From Eledone cirrhosa (taxonomy: Eukaryota), in assembly GCA_964016885.1 (NCBI GenBank), contig OZ024740.1:274722001-274786000 (forward strand): a stretch of DNA of 64,000 bases, in the 5' to 3' direction. Positions 54,913 to 64,000 of this stretch are shown here, piece by piece. The notes under the pieces are model-generated. The model had not been told where the DNA came from. It ran no database searches and saw only the letters and a list, made by a program, of their open reading frames with translations. Made by a program: the position numbers and the translations under genes. The first letter of the stretch is position 1; each line of letters begins with the position of its first letter.

Positions 54913-55222
54913 CAGGCATGGGCAACCCTTTTCAAGAAGCGGGCCGCATGAGATATGGCTCATCATCAGACGCGCCGCAAGCGTTAATTTACGTTCGTGC
55001 TCACATTGAAAAGAACAGCAGTAACTCAGGTTGTTTTGATTTGTTTCTTCAGAATTCATACACGTTCTTTTCCTCGATCGTAAAAATGATAGAAAGATAA
55101 ATTAAGACTGAAAAGTGGGGGTAAAAAAAATCACGAGAATTTCACTTAGGTGACTTAGGCGCTCCATTCAGAAAGCTTCGCGGGTCGCAGGTTGCCCGCA
55201 GACCGCCGGTTGCCTATGATTG
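54913..55222. mobile_element. hAT MITE with perfect 8-bp TSD
   Basis: TTCTAAAG|CAGGCATGGGCAACC ... GGTTGCCTATGATTG|TTCTAAAG. Confidence 0.85.
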
Positions 55223-55302
55223 TTCTAAAGTCTTAAACGTATACAGATATAGAATTGTTTTGTCGTATTTTACACCTTCAAAAGGTCAGTGTTTCAATAT
55301 AT

Positions 55303-55332
<30 letters not shown>

Positions 55333-55335
<3 letters not shown>

Positions 55336-55868
55336 AGTATGTATAAGTACATATATACATATATGTATACAGACGTACAGTAGTATGTATATATATATAT
55401 ACATACATGCACACATATATATATATGTACGTATGGATTCACCGAACATTTATTATAATGCTCGGTGCGTTTGTAAACAAACATCCCGAATTAAGCCGTA
55501 GTGTCTAGCAACCATCGGCCGATTAACTCACTCGATATGCAAATTAGGCTGCTCAGCCGTTAATATGCATAAGGAAAGTATATACTTTCAGACGTTCAAT
55601 CATCTGGCAGGAAGGTATACGTTGCTGACGATAGCTAATAAGCTTAAAACTAGTACAGCCTTCCTTTGTCAGTGTTGAACAAATGAGCAACGATGGTTGC
55701 TAGACACTACGGCTTAATTCGGGATGTTTGTTTACAAACACACCGAGCATTATAATAAATATTCGGTGAATCCATACGTACATATATATATATATGTTTG
55801 TATGTATATATATATACATACTACTGTACGTCTGTATACATATATGTATGTACGTATACATACTTATA
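55333..55868. mobile_element. Fold-back element with hammerhead in the spacer
   Basis: Arms 55333-55517 and 55691-55868 inverted. 173-bp spacer. Confidence 0.75.
55610..55664 (+). ncRNA. Type I hammerhead with a G12>A core change
   Basis: GGAAG..GTTG CTGACGA t AGCT aata AGCT t AAAA CTAG TA CAGC CTTCC. Confidence 0.7.
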
Positions 55869-55922
55869 TTTAAGTAACAGCCGTACTAAGAGTGAGAAAT
55901 AAAATTTCGTTTCATTTTTTCC

Positions 55923-55968
<46 letters not shown>

Positions 55969-56118
55969 ACTGCTCTGAAATAGCGGTATATATGTGAATA
56001 TAGACATAGAATATTCGAAAATATTCTGTATGTTTATAATAAACATTTTGAAGACCTAATCGCTATAGAATAGAATACGTCACGTATTACAATTAGATTC
56101 TCGATAAAAGCAAGGGAA

Positions 56119-56161
56119 GTAATCTACGCGTTTCATTCTTATTAGAAATCTTCAGGACTAC
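56119..56161 (-). ncRNA. Minimal type I hammerhead ribozyme
   Basis: GTAGTC CTGAAGA t TTCT aata AGAA t GAAA CGCG TA GATTAC. Confidence 0.88.
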
Positions 56162-56428
56162 ATATCCAGTGCTTTTATCGAGAATGACACAGCTAGAGAC
56201 TTATAGAATACTTAGCCGTGTACAGGAACTGGTTTGAAAGAGCGGTTGCCGGTCCGGCAGAAATTAGAAATTGGAATAAATGCTCTGAAATAGCGATATA
56301 TATGTGAATATAGACATAGAATATTCGAAAATATTCTGTATGTTTATAATAAACATTTTGAAGACCTAATCGCTATAGAATAGAATACGTCACGTATTAC
56401 AATTAGATTCTCGATAAAAGCAAGGGAA

Positions 56429-56471
56429 GTAATCTACGCGTTTCATTCTTATTAGAAATCTTCAGGACTAC
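56429..56471 (-). ncRNA. Minimal type I hammerhead ribozyme
   Basis: Identical copy 310 bp away. Confidence 0.88.
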
Positions 56472-56891
56472 ATATCCAGTGCTTTTATCGAGAATGACAC
56501 AGCTAGAGACTTATAGAATACTTAGCCGTGTACAGGAACTGGTTTGAAAGAGCGGTTGCCGGTCCGGCAGAAATTAGAAATTGGAATAAATGCTCTGAAA
56601 TAGCGATATATATGTGAATATAGACATAGAATATTCGATCGAGAATCTAATTGTAATACGTGACGTATTCTATTCTATAGCGATTAGGTCTTCAAAATGT
56701 TTATTATAAACATACAGAATATTTTCGAATATTCTATGTCTATATTCACATATATATCGCTATTTCAGAGCATTTATTCCAATTTCTAATTTCTGCCGGA
56801 CCGGCAACCGCTCTTTCAAACCAGTTCCTGTACACGGCTAAGTATTCTATAAGTCTCTAGCTGTGTCATTCTCGATAAAAGCACTGGATAT

Positions 56892-56934
56892 GTAGTCCTG
56901 AAGATTCCTAATAAGAATGAAACGCGTAGATTAC
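56892..56934 (+). ncRNA. Minimal type I hammerhead ribozyme (inverted copy)
   Basis: GTAGTCCTGAAGATTCCTAATAAGAATGAAACGCGTAGATTAC. Confidence 0.85.
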
Positions 56935-57056
56935 TTCCCTTGCTTTTATCGAGAATCTAATTGTAATACGTGACGTATTCTATTCTATAGCGATTAGGTC
57001 TTCAAAATGTTTATTATAAACATACAGAATATTTTCGAATATTCTATGTCTATATT

Positions 57057-57089
<33 letters not shown>

Positions 57090-57180
57090 CGAGGGAATTG
57101 TGGTAAGGAACCAGGTGGACCATAACGCACAAGAGTACTCAATACTTAGGGTAGTAGAGTGGGTGATAGGAAAAGGAATG

Positions 57181-57277
57181 ACCCTGACGGCAGAGCTCAA
57201 GCCGTTTCGACGGCTATTTCAGGACTAAATTAGAACTTTTAGCCTGGTAAATAAATAATCGAACTTATCAAGGGGAA
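57181..57277 (-). ncRNA. Type I hammerhead, U3-A8 variant
   Basis: tcccc TTGATAA gttcgattattt..aaatagccgtc GAAA CGGC ttgagctct GCCG TC aggg. Confidence 0.65.
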
Positions 57278-57460
57278 CTCCTTTATATGGGAAGATTGTA
57301 ATTGTCAAGAGGATTGGTCAAATTTTGTTGTAAAAACAAGTAGATCTGTCATGGCATTAGGTGGGGGGTAGGGGTGGCTCAACTTGCCGGTAGAACAAAG
57401 AAGGCGTGAGTGAAACCAGTCAGGCATTGAAAGTAAAATCTATACAACATATAAAGAAGT

Positions 57461-57556
57461 TCCCGTTGATAAGTTCGGCTATTTATTTACTAGGCTAAAA
57501 ATTCTAATTTAGTCCTGAAATAGCCGTCGAAACAGCTTGAGCTCTGCCGTCGGAGT
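57461..57556 (+). ncRNA. Type I hammerhead, U3-A8 variant
   Basis: tcccg TTGATAA gtt CGGCTATTT..AAATAGCCG tc GAAA cagc ttgagctct gccg TC ggag. Confidence 0.65.
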
Positions 57557-57563
57557 CATACAT

Positions 57564-57615
<52 letters not shown>

Positions 57616-57628
57616 GAATATATATATA

Positions 57629-58240
57629 TGTCAGGTCAACAGTTGGTGCTACTGGTAACATGTATCCCAGTACTACCTGTCTCATGGTGGGGTCGTTGGC
57701 GACGAAACTGGCAACCCTACCAAGGTTTCTTGGTGAGGAGGGGGACTTTGGACATCCTGCAGGGCTAAAAACAAAACCTGTCAAAGGACAAAGGAGCTCT
57801 TAAGAGTCAATAGCCATCCAAAATCACCGGGAGAGATGACCCCTTAGCCTTTGTCAAGGCAGAATTCTAGGAGAAGGAAAACTCTGATATAACAACTGCA
57901 ACCCTGATGGTATCCAATGATGTTGACTTGTTCTTCTTTTTGGTAAATATCATCTTGGTTAAGAGAGTGGGACTGGCTTTGTGCAGTGCCTTTGCTCACT
58001 ATAAAAGCTTCACGGCACAGGCATTGCTTTATATCTGGAGATCTCTCTGCACTTGTCGTCACATGGTACCATGGGCCCAGCACTATGTGTCAATAGTTGT
58101 CACAAGTTTAGTGTTTGTACCAGAGTTTTCAAGTCGCTGGCTGGACTAAAAAGTCACAATCGTTCAGCGCATCGGTAGGGGTTCTCCTACATGGATATAA
58201 GGTAGTGGCCGTACACGAAAACGAGTTGGCAGCCACCATG
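57629..58240 (+). mobile_element. About 610-bp non-autonomous element (copy of 24691-25302)
   Basis: Same termini as the first copy. Flanked by (TA)n. Confidence 0.8.
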
Positions 58241-58254
58241 TATATATATATGTC

Positions 58255-58406
<152 letters not shown>

Positions 58407-58473
58407 ATATGTATACATACATACATACATACATACATACATACATACATACATACATGCATATATATATATA

Positions 58474-58575
<102 letters not shown>

Positions 58576-58611
58576 TTTAAGAATATTTTTGAAACAGCGA
58601 GTGGGTTTGAA

Positions 58612-58829
58612 ATTATTAGAAATGTAAGCTTTCGCCGTATTTTGACTAAAGAAATTAAAGAAATTATTTAGCCTGATAGTGGGGTTAAGAACCCTCGGAG
58701 AAATGGAAAAAGATGAGTATTGACGTACATGTACGTCAATACTCATGTAAGTCAAACACCACTATCAGGCTAAACAATTTATTTAATCTCTTTAGTCAAA
58801 ATACGGCGATAGCTACATTTCTAATAATA
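58612..58829. mobile_element. Fold-back element with perfect central palindrome
   Basis: Outer arms TTATTAGAAATGTA..CCTGATAGTGG / CCACTATCAGG..TACATTTCTAATAA. Centre ATGAGTATTGACGTACA|TGTACGTCAATACTCAT. Confidence 0.7.
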
Positions 58830-58911
58830 TATATATATATATATATATATTAGAAAGTGAGGTTTTTTTTACAAAATGAAAAATAACCGAGGTGTCCTAC
58901 ACGAGTGAAAG

Positions 58912-59031
58912 TATAAAGAAAAATAGATGAAATCGAAAATGCAACTGGAGTCTTATGTTTTTTTTAAATATATATATTTAAAAAAAAAAAAAAATAAGAC
59001 TCCAGTTGCATTTTCGATTTCATCTCTTTTT

Positions 59032-59038
<7 letters not shown>
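58912..59038. repeat. Palindrome between (TA)n tracts
   Basis: TATAAAGAAAAA.AGATGAAATCGAAAATGCAACTGGAGTCTTAT mirrored on the right. Confidence 0.75.
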
Positions 59039-59068
<30 letters not shown>

Positions 59069-59565
59069 TTTATATATCTCTTTTGCTGTTCTCATATCAA
59101 TTCTGAAAAACGTAAGAGTTTTGATATTACGTATATATATATATACTTATATTTTGATGGGTCTATTATCAGATTTCTGGCTATATGAAATATTAATTTC
59201 TAAAATAGATGCAACATCTCTCATTTTTGGAGGGTGAACTATTGTGGATTGAATCAGCACCCAATCCTAAACTGGTACTTATTTTATTGGCTCTAGAACA
59301 TAATAAGGTGTGATTAAATACCATATAATATTTTGTCTGTCGTTGTAGACATTTTGCCTATATAATCAGTTCTCCCCAAACTATCAAAACAACACATCTA
59401 CATGTATATACGCTACAATTTATGTACATGTTATATTTATTGCATATCGAACTTTTATATATCTTGGTTGATATATTTGATAACAGCTAAACTAATCACT
59501 ACAAATGAATTGACCAAATTTGTCCCCGACCCCAATTCAGAAATGCTTCCACCACCCCTGATAAT

Positions 59566-59790
59566 ATAATGGTTTCTTATATAGGCACAAGGTCATAAAT
59601 TTTGGTGGGGAGGGGGAAAGTCGATTAAATCGACCCCAGTGCGTGACTGGTACTTTATTTTATCAACCCCGTAAGGATGAAAGGCAAATTAACCGCGGCG
59701 GGATTTGAACTCAGATCAGAAAGGGCCGTAACTCTATGCTGCAAAACATGGCGTCCGACCCTCTACCGATACTGCCAATCCACCGCCCTA
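59566..59790 (-). mobile_element. SINE, long form
   Basis: Family match. ATAATATA(T)AAT-like duplication on both sides. Confidence 0.9.
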
Positions 59791-60924
59791 CCACCCTTAA
59801 TAATATAATATTAGAAATATGATTTTCCATGTGGGTTTCTCTGCTAATGTAGGTATGTGTGCATGCGCGTGTTTCGTTATTTATCTATTACCGTATACAT
59901 AAACATGAAAAGAGAAAACTACATTTTAGACATGCAAATTATACAAGCTCGCAACCAACATGTTTTGTCTTGTGGTTTATTAATTTGATACAACGACGTT
60001 TATTCTCTACAAATTGGTGATCCACAACTTAATTAAGCAAAGATGATATATGAACCAGTAATAAGTTGAGACATGCATTTATTAGTATATATTAAGAAGT
60101 TCAGTGGATTGGCAGTAACGGTTGAGCGGCGAACAAAGTGGTTTAAACGGATTAGAATTACGTCCATTTACGTTCTGAGTTCAAGTCCCGCCGAAATTAG
60201 TTTTTCCTTTCATTTAAGGAGACAATAAAATAGAGTACCAGTCACGCACTCGGGTTGATTTAATCGACATTCCCCTCCACCAAAATTGATGGTTTTGTAC
60301 CTAAATCAGAAACCGTTTATTATACAGGGTGAACATAAAGTCTTTCTCTGATTATGAACCATTCTGACGCCATGCTTTGAAGCATAGAGTTACCTCCCTG
60401 TATGATCTGAGTTCAAATCCCGCCGAGGTTAACTTTGCTTTTCATCCTTACGGGGTCGATAAGATAAAGTACCAGTAATGCACTGGTTAATTGCTGGTCT
60501 TGTGCCAAAAGTAGAAACAATTATTAAGCAAAACATAAACAAGATAGAAAAACAGTTTTAGAAGAGAAAATGTAAAACATGTTCAGAAAAACTTTAAACT
60601 TGAAATATATAAATTGAAACAATGAAAAAGTAAATGTCAAATAGGATCCGAGACATGGTATTTTATAATCAGAGAAGGACGTTATGCTCATTAAGAAAGC
60701 TAATCTGTCGCAAATACAGAATTTGTTTTTCATTTTTTTTTCATTTTTTTTTTATATCAGAGTTCGAAGTAAGAAGCCTGTTCTAGGAACCAGCTGTCTT
60801 AGAATCAACTTGTCAGTGCTGTTAGGGTTCACTTATTCTACGTAGATAGATAGATAGAGAAGTTTCAAAGAGAAGGGGTTTTCAGTCATGGACTAGTTGA
60901 CTGAATGGTCCATCAGCATCCTTA

Positions 60925-61425
60925 TCATCACCGCCGCCACAACCACCAAAACCACCACCAGCAACTATCAAAAGCAAAAACAACAACACCTCTAACAAAA
61001 AAAAAAAGAAAAACACCACCACCAACAACAGCAACAACAACACCGTGATCATCATCATCGTCATCACTGATCCCCTCTTTGTCAATATCCTAATCATCAT
61101 CATTTTTTCAAATCATCATCATCATCATCATTATCACCACCACCACCACCGCCGCCAACAACAACAACAACAACAACCACAACGCCACCATCATCATCAC
61201 CACCATCGTCCTCATCATTGACCACCACTTTATCAATACCCTTATCAACAACATCATTCTTCTACACAACATCATCATCATCATCATCAACCTCATCTTA
61301 CTCATAATTACCGTCTCTCTCATCATCAGTATTTTCATTTTTATCTCCTTATCATCACCGGCATCATTTTCGTCCCAAATATCATCATCATCATCATCAT
61401 CATCACCACCACCATCATCATCAGT
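60925..61425. repeat. (CAT)/(CAC)/(CAA) low-complexity tract
   Basis: Direct. Confidence 0.85.
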
Positions 61426-61726
61426 AACAGCATTATTGTTTTCAAACACTAATTTCTTTAGTAGTAACAGCAGTAGGTTAGATAAGTATACAAAGAGACG
61501 ATATGTACACTCGCCACAATCCTACGTCATACAGACTGTGTGGTCTAGCATCAACGAGACTTCAAAAGCTTCACAAGATAAAGATAAAGTGACAACAATC
61601 ACGGTTTAGGATTTGCTAGGAATTCACACTTTATATCCACAGAAGATTAGATAATCATCTATAGCAAAGCATGTTATGGATTAAATATACAAATGTGTTA
61701 TATATCTACTAACTGATCTACACATA

Positions 61727-61795
<69 letters not shown>

Positions 61796-61884
61796 GCATA
61801 TTATATATATTATATATATATATCAAGAATACAAGAATACACACTCATACACACACGCACACACACACATATATATATATATAT

Positions 61885-62132
61885 CAGATAGGGTGTGGTA
61901 AAAACCAGCTAGACCATAACCCACCAAAGTATTCGATACTTAGGGTAGTAGAGTGGGTAATATGTAATATGAAAAGATTCAGGACCCCGACGGCTGAGCT
62001 CCAGCGTTTTCGATACCTAGATCTGAAGCAAGAGCCCAGCCTGACACATTCATATAACCATACTCTACTACCTCTAATATCGAGTACTCTGGTGAGTAAT
62101 GGTCTAAACAGTTTCTTACTGAATCCATCTTT
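61885..62132. mobile_element. Inverted-repeat element, same family as 57088, with 3' half of hammerhead
   Basis: GACCATAAC..GGTAGTAGAGT mirrored by ACTCTACTACC..ATGGTC. Minus strand reads GAAAACGCTGGAGCTCAGCCGTCGGGG. Confidence 0.65.
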
Positions 62133-62499
62133 ATATATATATATATGTGTGTGTATGTGTGTGTGTGTGTGACACGCCCTAAAATATTTACTGACCTTAC
62201 CCGATACGAACTCGAAACGAAGCTGGGAGAACACAGTATATAAATATGTATCTGTGTGTGTGTGTGACTGAATGAATTAATGTGTGTGTGTGTGTGTTTT
62301 AAATTTGCAAGTCAGAAAGTTCAACGATGAAAAATCGTCTAAATTGGACATATAAACCCTGGAGACGTAAAAGATGTGTATAGCTCCTCCTGCAATATAC
62401 CGTTTCACCGTGCTAACCAACAAATTAAAAATCTGTCGCTCAATGGTTCTAAAAATGGATTGTTTACACACATACACGGCTTAATTGCTATAAGTGAAT

Positions 62500-63220
62500 G
62501 TTTTGTCTTGTCTTTTACTCCACTGACAACGCTTTGACTTGTTTGTCAGGCGCTGTGACCCTGGTTGGACCAGAGGTACCGTTGGTGGGAGTTGAAACTG
62601 CTAAAGTCCATCTCATTTACTGAAGACCTTGGAGTTCTGTGTCTTTCATTTGAATTTTTATTTTCTAAAAAAGTGAAGGTTTCCGCTTCAAAAATTTTTC
62701 CTGCTTTGCTTTGTTTTTTTTTTCGTTGTCTTTTCTTGGTTAACTTTATAATTACTAATCTGTGACTAATATGTTCTCTCTTCTCCCCACCCATGATTTG
62801 AATAGTTTACATTTTTTAATACGATATCTTATTTTTTTCCTTCCTTCTTTTTTCTTTCTTCTTTTTCTTTGTTTCAGTCTCAAGAGACTAACTTTCGCTA
62901 TATAAGCACAATATCTGCTCCTAGTTGCCATATAATATTCTGCCACATAATATGGCTTAATTACTATAAGTTATTGTTTTGTCTTGTATTTAACTACACG
63001 GACAGTGCTCTCACTTGTTTGTCAGACGCTGTGACCTTGGGTGGACCAATGGTAACGTTGGTAGAGGTCAAAACTACCAAAGTCAATTTCAGTGGCTGAA
63101 GACCTTGGATTTTGTATTTGTATTCTCAAAATAATTCTTTTAAAGCTTTCCCCTTCAAAATATTTTTTATAGTTTTGCCTTGTTCGTTGCCATGTCTTCT
63201 CTTTGTTAATTTTCCTTAGC
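62500..63220. repeat. Diverged direct repeat, about 476-bp period
   Basis: CTTGTTTGTCAG.CGCTGTGACC.TGG.TGGACCA..GGTA.CGTTGGT..CTGAAGACCTTGGA at about 62538 and 63014. Confidence 0.7.
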
Positions 63221-63334
63221 TTATATATATATATAATGTAGATACATGTTTATATATATATATATATATAAACATTTTTCTGCAGTCAATATAGTGAGAA
63301 AGCTTCTGATTCTTATATATATATATATATATAG

Positions 63335-64000
63335 TAATAATAAAATTGAACACTAAAATCCAAAGAGGGCGGTGGTTTGTACAGTGACGATGGTCTTTTG
63401 ACCATGACTAAGTGCGGACCTCGTGCTTGCGACAGGTTCAGAAAAGAACTCACAGCCTTCTTTAAAGGCTTCAACCTCTCTATACAGGTTGAGGCCAATC
63501 TCTTGGTCGTTAATTGCCTCGACGTTACCCTCAATTTATTGAATGGGTTGTATTACCCGTATAGAAAACCGAATGATACGCTTAATTACATAAGTAAGCA
63601 TTCCAACCATCCTGCCAGCATAACCAAGAACCTGGTAAAAACCGTTTCGTTGAGGCTTTCCCGTCTTTCCACCAACGAGCGCATTTTCAACGACCATTCC
63701 ACTTATTACAATGAAGCTCTTGCTCGAAGTGGATTTGTCGATAAGCTAGCATATACAGAGTACGAAATAGACCTAGAAGAAATAGATCCCGTCGCATTTG
63801 TTGGTTTAACCCACCATATAATATGGAGGTGGCCACACCATTAGCTAAGATCTTTCTTTCCCTTATTACGAAGCATTTTCCCCCTACATATAAATATAGT
63901 AAAATGTTTAATAGAAATACTATTAAAATGTCTTACTCTACGACTCCTAACCTTGCACATAACATCACAGCTTCAAATTTAGCTAAACTACCTAGCCGTA
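63335..64000 (+). pseudogene. Penelope-like element RT fragment (second clade, possibly Naiad-type), 5'-truncated, runs off the window
   Basis: GGLYSDDGL, VNCLDVTLNL, PYRKPN..YISKHSNHP, LRLSRLS, then (frameshift) ICWFNPPY, KHFP, FNRNTIKMSYSTTPN. Starts at (TA)n. Confidence 0.85.

Larger units (their letters stand above)
55971..57067. mobile_element. Retrozyme-like 310-bp tandem array with internal inversion
   Basis: TGCTCTGAAATAGCG at 55971, 56281 and 56591. Strand switch at about 56638, then about 1.4 inverted units. (TA)n on both sides. Confidence 0.9.
57088..57568. mobile_element. Inverted-repeat element with two divergently oriented hammerheads
   Basis: Arms about 57170-57289 and 57448-57568. 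Left part homologous to 61885-62130. Confidence 0.75.

Noticed and set aside
57632-57715. Definite HDV-like ribozyme call
   Set aside because: P3/L3-like ACC-TGTCTCRT-GGT is present, but P1' and P2 could not be placed consistently across copies.

Overview
Repeat-saturated, AT-rich eukaryotic DNA with no confidently identifiable host gene. The long (TA)n/(CA)n/(GA)n tracts and the dominant tRNA-derived SINE suggest an octopus/cephalopod genome (inference). Nearly all ORFs in the track are microsatellite or SINE artefacts. The real coding remnants are all retroelements or transposons: a decayed Penelope-like element (PLE; RT + GIY-YIG) with inverted terminal repeats (4.7-9.1 kb), a near-full-length Tx1/L1-type LINE bounded by (ATT)n (12.9-18.4 kb), a second PLE RT (63.3-64 kb), and CRE, RTE and Tc1 fragments. 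Dozens of SINEs and several MITE families fill the rest. The main signal is a set of mutually dissimilar, non-coding, tandem and/or fold-back elements sitting in (TA)n tracts that carry type I hammerhead ribozyme (HHR) motifs. A 310-bp tandem unit has a canonical CUGAAGA core. A 595-bp unit and other families carry the compensatory U3-A8 (UUGANAA) core, which also occurs in the terminal repeats of the coding PLE. Together these look like a PLE-driven retrozyme/circRNA system concentrated at 55.3-59.0 kb. All folds were done by eye and no database search was possible.
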